64,000 nt of DNA from the human T2T-CHM13v2.0 reference genome, Homo sapiens. The position numbers and the translations under genes are program-made. Position 1 is the first letter of the stretch. The number at the start of each line of letters is the position of its first letter. The notes beneath the pieces are model-generated. The model saw only the letters and a program-made list of their open reading frames with translations. It did not search any database and was not told the DNA's origin. Below are positions 12,890-23,375 of this stretch, piece after piece. The stretch is taken from the NCBI RefSeq assembly GCF_009914755.1, contig NC_060932.1; one strand, 5' to 3'.

Positions 12890-14580
12890 AGAAAAATGTA
12901 TTGTACAATAACGTACATAAGATAAAATATACCACTGTAACTATTTTTAAGTATATGATTCAATGCTGTTAATTAAATTCACACTGTTATGCAACAAATC
13001 TCTAGAATTTTTTTATATTGGAAAACTGAATCTGTATACCCATTAAATACTAATTTCCTTGATGGCCTTCCCCAGCCCTTTCCAACCATCTTTCTACTTT
13101 TTGTTTCCATGATTTTGACTACATTAGATATTTTATATTAGTGCAAACATAAATGATGTATTTCATGTCTGGCTTATTTCAGTTAGTATAGTGTCCTCAA
13201 GATTCAACCTTGTTTTAGCATGTAGTAGGATTTCCTTCTTTTTTAATGCTGCATAATAATCTGTTGCATTTTCCACATTTTATTCGTCTATTCGTTACTG
13301 ATGGGCATTTGGGTTGCTTCCACCTCTTGGCTATTGTTAATTATGATACCAAGAACATTGGTGTGCAGATAACCTCTTCAAGATACTGCTTTGAATTGTT
13401 TTGGATGCATACCCCACAGTGAGGTTTTAAATCATATAATAATTCTATATTTTATATGATTCTATTTTTATGTGATTTTTTGGATGAACCTCTCTAGTAT
13501 TTTTTGTAATGGTTGCATCATTTTAAATTTCCACCAGCACAAGGATTCCAATTACTCTACGTACACACCAACATTTGCTGTTGCTTGTTCTTTTGATAGA
13601 AGCCATGCTATAGAGTTTAAGGTTTTGACTTGCATTACTCTTATGATTTTATAGGTGACCATGTCTCATGTAATAGACTGAAAGTCACAGTTCCACCCTT
13701 ACTGGAACTGCCTTGAATCCAGATGAGAACTTTAGGGTCATTTCTGCCACACTCTTGTGTACCTTCTTGACCTTCAATCTCTTGCAAAATCCCTCTTCTG
13801 GTCTAAGATTTTAAAAATATACCGTTATTTTCCATCTGTATATCTTCTTTGTAAGATTCAGACATTTTGTTCATTTTTAAATTGGGTTGTTTCTTGTTTT
13901 TGAGTTTCAAAAGCTTTTTATGTACTCTAGTTAAGTCTTTTATGAGATATGTGATTTCCAAATATTTTTCCCTGTCTATAGCTTTTTTTCATTCTTTTAA
14001 TAATGTCTTTCTTTGAGCTAGTATTTTCACAAAAATGAAGTCCAACTTGTATTTTTTTTCTCCTGTATGGATTATGCTTTTGCTATCATATCTAAAAACT
14101 CATCATCAACACCAGGAATACAGAGGTTTTTGTCCTGTGTTTCATTTTAGATATTCTGTGGTTTTGTGTATTACCTTTAAGTCTACAATTTCTTTCCACA
14201 CTTGTGCAAGGTGTGATGTCTGTATTGAGATTCATCTTTTTGCATGTGGACATCCAATTGTTCTATCTTGCACACTTGTGCAAGGTGTGATGTCTGTATT
14301 GAGATTCGTCTTTTTGCATGTGGACATCCAATTGTTCTATCACCGTCAATTGAAATGACGACCCTTTCTCCATTGAACTGCCTTTGAATCTTTTTCAAAA
14401 ATCAGTTGAAGGTCTATTTCTGGGCTCTTTTTTCTATTCCATTTTTCTGTGCGTCCATTTTGTTTTGCCAATATCATTCTGTCTTGATTATGGTAGCTTT
14501 AGAGGAAAATCTTGAAATTAGATAAGGTAATTTCTCCAAACTTGGTTCTTTCTTCTCAAAATTTTGGTGGCTATTCTGTG
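12890..14580 (-). mobile_element. L1MB-like 3' region, approximate bounds
   Basis: Antisense L1 3'UTR (CATAAGATAAAATATACCACTGTAAC...) and ORF2 remnants. Confidence 0.65.
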
Positions 14581-14590
14581 TCCCTCACTA

Positions 14591-14907
14591 CAGGCATACC
14601 TTATTTTATTGTGCTTTACTTAATTGCAATTCACACCTGTGTCAAGCAAGTTACCTGTGCCACTTGTACAACAGCATGTGCTCGTTTTGTATCTGTTTGC
14701 CTTTTTTAGCAATAAATCATTTTTTAACTAAGGTTGAACATTTATAGACATAATTTGCTTTACACATTCAGTGGACTACAGTATAGTGTAAACATAACTT
14801 TTATATGCACTGGGAAACCAAAAAATATACATCACTTGCTTCATTGAAATACTTGCTTTATTGCAATGGTTTGGAAATAAACCTGCAACATCTCTGAGGT
14901 AAGCCTA
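14591..14907 (+). mobile_element. Internally deleted Tigger1 (MITE-like) with both TIRs
   Basis: TA|CAGGCATACCTTATTTTATTG ... CATCTCTGAGGTAAGCCTA|TA; TA target duplication. Confidence 0.88.
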
Positions 14908-15642
14908 TATTGTTAGTTTTGTGTTTTAAACTCTCTATATGACCCTTGATGAGCACATTAAATGATAATACTTATGTGTTCAATTTTGAAGTAGTAGTTT
15001 TTAACTATTAATATTTCTTTCACTTTATTTTTGCCTTCTTAAATTCTTATTAGTTGATATTGGAAGTCCTGGAAATAGCTTCTCTGTTTCTTATTTATTC
15101 TTTCAGATCTTTCACTTTTAAAATATTTTTGTGTTTAATTCACAGAAACTTTCTAGTTTTGATGTTCAACCTCACTAATTATCTTTCAGATATAGCCAGA
15201 CTCTTATTCAGGATAATGATTTACTTAAAAATCATCAGTTACGTGGTCATTTATATCATCTATAATTGATTCATTTTTATGATTTTCTGTCTTTTCTTCA
15301 GTAAGAACTCTCTGCTCTTCGCCACATGCTGGCATTGTCACACAGTGGTAAAGCACATTGCTTCTCTGCCAGGCTCTTACACTCATTTGATGTATCATCT
15401 TTGGAGAGTTACTTAATCTCTGTTTCTTGAAATGAAAAATAGTTTTTCTGAGGATAAAAAATTACAAAAAAACATACGAAGTGCTTCGGACCATACTAGG
15501 CATTTGATAAGCCCTCATTACGCATTAGAAAATTATAGAACTAGTTTTTTGTTACACTCAATCCCTACTCCTTATAATGTCTATTTTTATTTTTCTAAAG
15601 ATATTAAATATACTTATATTAAGGTCCTGTTTTATTCACACA

Positions 15643-16050
15643 TGATACAGTTTTGTATATGTGTTCGCTCCAAATCTCATGTTGAAATGTGGTTCTCAGT
15701 GTTGGAGGTGAGGTCTGGTGAGAGGTGTTTGGGTCATGGGGGTGGATCCCTCATGGCTTGGTGCTGTCCTTGCAATGGTGAGTGAGTTCTCGTGAGATCT
15801 GGTCATGTAAAAGTGTGTGGCACTTCCCCCTACCCCCACTCTCCTCCTTGCTTCTGCTTTTGCCATGTGCAAGTTCCTGCTTCACCTTCTGCCATGAGTA
15901 AAAACTCTCTGAGGCCTCCCCAGAAGCCAAGCAGATGTTGGTCCCATGCCTGTAGAGCCTGCAGAACGGTGAGCCAACTAAACCTCTTTTCTTTATAAAC
16001 TACCCAGTCTCAGGTAGTTCTTTATAGGAATGCAAGAACAGCCTAATACA
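15643..16050 (+). mobile_element. MSTB-like MaLR solo LTR
   Basis: TGATAC...GCCTAATACA; 5-bp TSD ACACA at 15638-15642 and 16051-16055. Confidence 0.92.
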
Positions 16051-16929
16051 ACACACTTTATGGTTTTCTCAGGAGTGATTTGATAAATTACTCCTTTTAT
16101 TTGTTGAATTTGTTATTGTCCCTTCTTGGTGTAGATGTACCTCAGAAGTTAGATAGATTTTTATTGTGGACTTGCCATTGGAGTGGAGATTGTGTCAGAC
16201 CTTTTGCTGCCTTTGTTTTGCATTCAGTCTGGGAGAATGCATTGGATTTAACTTAGTAGCTTACATTGGTTTAAGGGAATAATGGGATGAGATTTGCCTC
16301 CAGTCTGGGTGATGAGCAGATAGCCTTCTGAGCCTGTGTGCTCCTTTTTCTTTCTGCCATTTCCAGTCATAGGCAGTATTGCCCTGTTTCTCTCTACCCA
16401 ATTCACAGACTGTTCCAGCTTAAAATTAGAGACTTCTCTTGACATTTGTTTGCCTTGGAAGAGAAATGGTGGGTTTAGTAGGATAGACCTCTGTCTGCAT
16501 CTGTAGACTTAGTCCAGTTACGCCCCCCTGAAGAATTTAATGGCATCACCTGCTGTTTCTGGATGCCATCACAATAGGATCATGAGCATTGTTAGTACCC
16601 AATTTGTGATAGTTTATAACTCTTGTCCCTGGAGGTATAGTCTTCCTCACTAGCTTCTTGTCTGCTTTCAGTCTCTTAGCTCTTTTTCCACAGTTTTATA
16701 TGTTGAGAGAGAGATGCTAAATGTCTCTAAATAGGTATGACTGCACATATGTATGTATATATTAAAATTTGTTACCGGTTCGTTATATTTTGTGTGGCAT
16801 GTGTGCCTGCAGCCATGTCTAATTTATCTTGACTAAAAATGCAAGTTTTTTTCTAAATAGAAGCAGTTAATATAGTGTTAATAATGCTAAAATGCTAAAT
16901 ATATATATTTTTTTAAAAATGTACTTTTC

Positions 16930-17320
16930 ATTTTTATTTTATTTTATTTTTATTTATAGGTTTTTGGGGAGCAGGTGGTATTTGGTTACATGAGTAAGTT
17001 CTTTAGTGGTGATTTGTGAGATTTTGTTGCACCCATCACCCGAGCAGTATACACTGAACCCAATTCATAGCCTTTTATCCTTCAGCCCCTTCCTACCCTT
17101 TCCCCCAAGTCCCCAAATTCCATTGTGTCATTCTTATGCCTTTGCATCCATAGCTTAGTTCCCACTTATGAGTGAGAACATGTGATGTTTGGTTTTCTAT
17201 TCTTGAGTTACTTCACTTAGAATAATGGTCTCCAAACTCACCCAGGTCACTGCAAATGCCATTAATTCCTTTCTTTTTATGGCTGAGTAGTATTCCATCA
17301 TGTATATATACCACAGTTCC
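16930..17320 (-). mobile_element. L1PB 3' fragment
   Basis: T-rich tail, then GGTGGTATTTGGTTACATGAGTAAGTTCTTTAGTGGTG... Confidence 0.85.
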
Positions 17321-17538
17321 CCTTCACTTTTATTTTAAAAAGTCACCCCACACATTAAATTGGTCACATTGTTCCTGAATTTATTAAGATATTAAATTCT
17401 TACTATTTAGAATAATAAATTCTAAAGATTATGTTCATTTTTAATAGATAGACTCTTTTTATTAACTTGGATGAATATTGTTTTATTTTATATATTTCTG
17501 GTTTCCTTCACAATCTTTACTGATGTGTTTTATTTTAG

Positions 17539-17594
17539 ATGATTTACATCATTACAATTGATGGACAACCTTACACTCTACATCTCGGAAAACA
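17539..17594 (+). CDS. ADAM18: ADAM18 exon (inferred exon 3), prodomain
   Basis: tattttag|ATG...GGAAAACA|gtaaga; 56 nt; MIYIITIDGQPYTLHLGK + CA (phase 2); in frame with next exon; matches recalled ADAM18 protein. Confidence 0.95.
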
Positions 17595-17914
17595 GTAAGA
17601 TATGATTTTTTTTTCATTAAGGAAAAGGGAAAGCTTTAAGTTTAGATTTTACAGCCTTAAAGTTTTTGTGCAGTATTTAAATTCAGGAATGCTGTATAAT
17701 GTAGACTTGTTTTATCAATCAACTTCCCAATTTAGGATTCATTAGGTTTTGAATATCAGATCTATAGAGCTCTTTCATTTTAATTTTCGCTTGATATTTT
17801 CAAATTATGAAATAAACTACATACTTGTAAAATCTCAAATTGCATATAAGTCGTTGAACCCAAGAACAGCAAGTTATATATTAAGTATATCTGGTGTGAA
17901 ATCAAACATAGTTA

Positions 17915-18253
17915 TGTCACTGGTGTCCGTGTGAAGAGACCACCAAACAGGCTTTGTGTGAGCAATAAAGCTTTTTAATCACCTGGGGGCAGGCGGGCTG
18001 AGTCCGAACAGAGAGTCAGCAAAGGGAGATAGGGGTGGGGATTATAGGATTTGGGTAGGTAGTGGAAAATTACAGTCAAAGGGGGTTGTTCTCTGGCGGG
18101 CAGGGGCGGGGAACACAAGGTGCTCAGTGGGGGAACTTCTGAGCCAGGAGAAGGAATTTCACAAGGAAATGTCATCAGTTAAGGCAGGAACTGGCCATTT
18201 TCACTTCTTTTGTGATTCTTCATTTGCTTCAGGCCATCTGGATGTATACGACA
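17915..18253 (-). mobile_element. HERV-H solo LTR (LTR7 family)
   Basis: GTCCGTGTGAAGAGACCACCAAACAGGCTTTGTGTGAGC...CAGGCCATCTGGATGTATACG; TG...CA termini; TSD AGTTA at 17910-17914 and 18254-18258. Confidence 0.92.
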
Positions 18254-18639
18254 AGTTACACATCAAGTGATTATGGTGGGAAATTCAACTAGTGACACAA
18301 TTTTTATGATATGCTGATTACAAGTGTGTCTATTTTTAACAAGTTTACTGAACCTACTTTACATGTAAAATTCTCTAAAGTATAAAGTTCAATAATTTTA
18401 ATGAATTTGTGCACTGTTGCCACCATCAAATATAAATCAGTTTTAGAACATTCTTTCCCCACGTAAGAGCCCTCATGTTTTCTCAGTTAGCCTCTTTCTC
18501 ACTCACAACTCCAAGCAACAATCTACTGTTTGTATCTTGATTTGTATTTTCTCAACATTTTATAAAAATAAAGTAGCCTCTTCTCTGTCTGCATCTTCAA
18601 ACATATGTATTTATAGCAACTGTCCCTTGTCTGCCTGCT

Positions 18640-20020
18640 TCTTTGTAATTGAACAAGGCTAGAGGAAATTATTCTCACTTAATTCATGACTACCCTACTT
18701 AATTCACGTTTACTTTTCTTCCTCTACAACTCCACAAGTGTTTTCTGATAGAATCATCAGTGGTCCTCATGTTTTTGAATGCTCTGTTTGTGTTTTAGTC
18801 TTAATTTTTCTTAACCAGTTGGCAGCATTGATCATAGTTGACCAGTGTCTCCCCCGTAAAATACTTTCTTCATTTGGCTTCCAGAATACCACAGACTCCT
18901 GCTCCTGATTTTACTCTGAAGTACTCTGGGTACTTCAGTGCTCTCTCACTCTCTCTCTGTCTCTCCTTTCTCTATTTTTTTTTTTTTAATTCTTTCTCAT
19001 CTCTCGAATCTTAGAGTACTCCATAGTATGGTTTCTGCATTCTGGTTTTTTTTTTCCCCCTAGCTATATTCAATCATCTGGTTGTTTAATTCTTGTGACT
19101 TTAAATACCATCCACATGTTGGTTGCTCCCAAATTAACATCTCTACCTTATTCCTCTTAAATAAATGCCATATTCACTTATCTGAGTACTTAGTTGATAA
19201 CCAAGTATTTACTAGAATCCTCATAGGTAACATGTCCAAATGGAATTCTGACTTTCTTCTCAATTTGTCTTTCTCACAGTCATGTCAGGAATTGGCAAAT
19301 ATATAAGTTTTTCAGGAAAAAAAAACATGTAAAAAGTCGGAGTCATACTTGACATCTTTCTGTCGTTTTCCCCTATTTCCAGTGGATTATAAACCTCTGT
19401 ATTCAAAATATATCTATATCTATATCTAAACCCTACAAAATATATCCAGAATTAGACCTACCCCACTGATGCTATCTTAGTTCAAAGCACCATCATGTCT
19501 TACATCTAAATGTCTCCCTGTTTCTTCTGCTTGTTTGTCCTGCAGATTATTCTCAACACAGTGCTGATTTTATTAAAACATTGGTCTGATGCTGTCTTTA
19601 TCTGCTCAAACCCTCCAATGCGTCTCATCTCTGTGACACTGTCTCTTACTATAGTCTGTCTTCATCACTCCACACTCCAGTCATATTGCCCCCTAGTTGT
19701 TCCTTGTTTGTACAAAGCATATTTCTGCTTGAGGGTCCTTGCATTTTCTATTAATTCTTTCTAGAATAACACTTCTGTGAAAATTCATGTGGTTTATTCC
19801 TCAGGTATTTAATCATCTATTCAGAGAGGTTTTCCATGCCACCCTATCTACATTTTGTAACCACCCTCCCCAGGCCTTATCTATTGTCATCTAATTGCTA
19901 GTACTATGTGCCCCTGGCTGTCACAAAGACTAAGGCTTTTTGTCTCTTGCCTAACTCTGAATCCCAGCACCTACATGAGGGTCCGTCAGATAGTGAACAC
20001 TCAGTACATTTGTTGAACGT
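18640..20020 (+). mobile_element. L2 remnant, approximate bounds
   Basis: L2 phrases (CTTCATTTGGCTTCCAG..., TTTAAATACCATC..., terminal CACTCAGTACATTTGTTGAA). Confidence 0.7.
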
Positions 20021-20272
20021 CATCATACACAGCTATACATACATATGTCTGATGCAGAGGAATCCCAGAGTCTGTCCCAGTGCTAAGTCTAAACTCTTTG
20101 ATTCACCAGTTCTATGAATTTCAACTGTTATGCCTCACTAAAATCACTCAATTAAATCATGCCATTATATAAAGCTAATTAAATCGTGTTATATAAAATG
20201 TATGTAATATTTGTTTTTAACATTATATTAAGATTATGATTCATACTTTTTTATTATTTCTTGGTTTTTTAG

Positions 20273-20351
20273 ATCATTCTTACCCCAGAACTTTTTGGTT
20301 TATACATATAATGAAACTGGATCTTTGCATTCTGTGTCTCCATATTTTATG
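20273..20351 (+). CDS. ADAM18: ADAM18 exon (inferred exon 4), prodomain
   Basis: ttttttag|A TCA...ATG|gtaaag; 79 nt; (Q)SFLPQNFLVYTYNETGSLHSVSPYFM. Confidence 0.95.
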
Positions 20352-20715
20352 GTAAAGTAAGATACCTTATTTTTTTTGTTAAAGTGGTTATATTATTACC
20401 ATTAGAATGTGTTTCATGTTGACAGTTTAATACAAATGTTTTATCCTTACTGACATGTTACTGACTTTTGTACATAGAAATGGCATGTGATAGAGATGAA
20501 ACCCAGCTGCAAGCGAATACTCACAGGGACTCTCTTGTGCCTGTGGTGCAAAATAAAGAGAATTGTCACAAATCTTTTTTTTTCTGAAAATATGCATTAA
20601 TAATTAATGATCTTATTATTAAATCTTTTAATATTTTGAATCTTCTGACATGTTTGACAATACATTTTTTATTCACAACGAATTTATATACTTGCCTTTC
20701 TATACTGTTTTTCAG

Positions 20716-20792
20716 ATGCATTGCCATTACCAAGGATATGCTGCCGAATTTCCAAATTCATTTGTGACACTCAGTATATGTTCTGGTCTCAG
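20716..20792 (+). CDS. ADAM18: ADAM18 exon (inferred exon 5), prodomain
   Basis: tttttcag|ATG...CTCAG|gtaata; 77 nt; MHCHYQGYAAEFPNSFVTLSICSGL(R), containing the conserved ADAM prodomain CxYxG...S.C.GLRG motif. Confidence 0.96.
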
Positions 20793-21759
20793 GTAATAGC
20801 ACCTTATAAGAAATCTATAGATGGAGAACTTAAGATAGTCTTTAAAACAAAACTTAGTGACTAGCAGACACAAATCATGGAAGTTTAAGGGAAATCAAAA
20901 TGGAAAGTTTTCTTTCTAACAGCTTTATTCTATTTGTATTAATGTTAATACTTAGACCTAAGGGCCTATTCCCATGAAATCAATCCAGGGTTATCGTGGA
21001 AAATGGAATAGTTTCATGGAAGAAAACTTTAAAATATCTCCTTAAGTATGATTGTTGCATTCTGCATCTGTTTTCTCAAATAGTTATGGAAAATGGCATT
21101 AGTTAGTTATATAAATATAATAGGAAAATATAGTATGGTCTCAGCTTAGTACCAGATATAAAACAACTAGTTAAGAAGATCCCTCAGGAATAAAGGATAG
21201 GGATAAGTGATTTCTGTTAGTGATGCTGGGAGTCTCACTTATGATAAGTTCATCAGGAAAAAAAGGATCCGGAGCAGAGAAAAAATGCTCCCTCTAACTT
21301 TCCTTTGGTTTCAATTGCCTGATTTCCAGAATTGAGTCACATCAACTCAGAAACTTGGCATTCTCTGAATGTGGTTTTTATAGATAACAACCTCATTAGA
21401 TATATAGTCTACATACATGCCGTCCCTTATCAAACCTCTGGAAGAACAGGAACGTTTTTCCTGGAATTCTCAACAAATATATTTGTTTGTGGCAAATTTG
21501 GCCTTAATTAATGTGATTGCCTTACAAAAATGTTCTTTATTGCATTTAGATCTTTAAAATTTAAGCAAAACGAAGCCAGATATGGTGGCTCTTACTAATG
21601 ATAAACTGCCCCCCCAAAAAATAATGGAAAAAGAAAATGGGCTTAAAATGTGTTCTTTAGTATAGTTTTTTAATTTCTTATGCCATTTCAGATTATCATT
21701 TTGAAGGGATCATTTGTGAGATTTTTATAACTATTTTCTTATGCCTTCTAAATTTTCAG

Positions 21760-21937
21760 GGGATTTCTCCAGTTTGAAAATATCAGTTATGGAATTGAAC
21801 CAGTAGAATCTTCAGCAAGATTTGAGCATATAATTTATCAAATGAAAAATAATGATCCAAATGTATCCATTTTAGCAGTAAATTACAGTCATATTTGGCA
21901 GAAAGACCAGCCCTACAAAGTTCCTTTAAACTCACAG
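21760..21937 (+). CDS. ADAM18: ADAM18 exon (inferred exon 6), end of prodomain
   Basis: ttttcag|G GGA...TCACAG|gtgact; 178 nt; GFLQFENISYGIEPVESSARFEHIIYQMKNNDPNVSILAVNYSHIWQKDQPYKVPLNSQ (YxIEP motif). Confidence 0.96.
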
Positions 21938-21964
21938 GTGACTGTCATCATTCTGATGTTATGA
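21938..21964 (+). CDS. ADAM18: Putative alternative C-terminus by read-through of the exon-6 donor (VTVIILML*)
   Basis: In-frame GTG ACT GTC ATC ATT CTG ATG TTA TGA directly after the donor; AATAAA about 100 nt downstream. Confidence 0.6.
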   Translation: MTVIILML

Positions 21965-22065
21965 CATACTAGAACATTGCCTGTGTAGTTTTCTTGTAAA
22001 TCATGAAAGGAATTTAGTTAGCTGTTGAGTAGGAATATTAAATTTTATGTATTTTTCTACCTTTA

Positions 22066-22071
22066 AATAAA
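22066..22071 (+). terminator. Candidate intronic polyadenylation signal (AATAAA)
   Basis: AATAAA preceded by TGTA at 22048-22051, about 100 nt after the read-through stop; the hexamer is common in AT-rich DNA, so this is supported only by context. Confidence 0.5.
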
Positions 22072-22989
22072 ACATTGAAACTTCATCTAAAATATTTGGA
22101 AAGTTACATATTTCAAGCTTAATATTTTATGATGTATTATGTAACATTAATTTTTATATTTTTTTCAAACAAAATGATACTATTGAAAAAGTTTAGAAAT
22201 GCAGAAAGAACAGAGTCACTGTTATTCTAGTACCTTGGTAAAATTACTTTTAATATTTTGTTATATATCTTACATACTACCTGAACATATCTTTCTAAAA
22301 TGCACAGCCATTTGCATGTTGCCAGATGCTCTTAATTTGCTGGTAGACTAGGTATAGAATTCTTGCTGGCAGTTTCTTTCTTTCAGCACTTTGAATATTT
22401 CAATCCATCACCATGTGGCCTCTGTTTTTTCTGATAAAAATATTCTATTATTCTTATTGGGAATTCCTTGGACAAAATGAGTTGCTTCTCTTTTGTTTCT
22501 TTTGAGATTCTTCCTTTGCCTTTGTCTTATGGCAGTGTGCTTATCATGTTTCTATGAATGTATCTCTTTGTGTTTACCATACTTGGAGCTCAAAGCACTT
22601 CTTGGGTCTGAAAATGGATGTGTTTTGAAATTAAATTAGCTTGTGTGAATCCTGAAAAAAAAAAATCCCATGAAGCTATGAAACCAACTATCTGTATGGT
22701 TCCTAGAGACTTCACACTTTTATTCTACTTTAAAATTTGTCTCGATTTTGTAGTTCATTATTGCCAAAAGTATTTACTGGGATAAATAAAAAAAGCATTC
22801 TTCTCGGGTTTCTGGTTTCAGGTAAGAGATATGGAAAGCTGGAAACAGCATTGCTTCCACATATACATCAGAGTAAAAGTTGGACAAACTGCACATTAAT
22901 TATTTTTATGGAATACATCAAAAAGCTGAGGTTGCAGATTAAATCATTATCCAACATGTGGAGAAAAAAAAAAGTGCCTATAGGTTGTG

Positions 22990-23370
22990 ATGGGAACCAA
23001 ATGTATAAAAAATAGAGTTTTTCTTTTTCCTTTTCTTGTGACCACAATTAATTTGGTATCAGTTCAAAATAACCTGCTAAGACTATATGATGTTCTTTCT
23101 AAGCCTCATGATAACCACAAAGCAAACATTTTTAACAGACACACTAAAAGTGGAAAGCAAGAAATCAAAACATACTTGATAGAGAAAAAATCACTTAACC
23201 ACAAAGGAAGATAGCAAGACATGAAAAAAATGAAGAAGTTTATACAAAACAACTAGAAAACAAATAAGAATATGGTAATACCAACTTCTTACCCATAAAC
23301 AATTACCTTGAATGTAAATGAATTATACTATCCAGCTAAAAGAAATAATGTGGCTTAATTAGTGAAAAAA
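22990..23370 (+). mobile_element. L1MA-like fragment (host of nested insertions; continues at 29250-32230)
   Basis: ORF1/ORF2 junction ...AATTACCTTGAATGTAAATG...; sequence resumes colinearly after 29250. Confidence 0.7.
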
Positions 23371-23375
23371 AAAAA

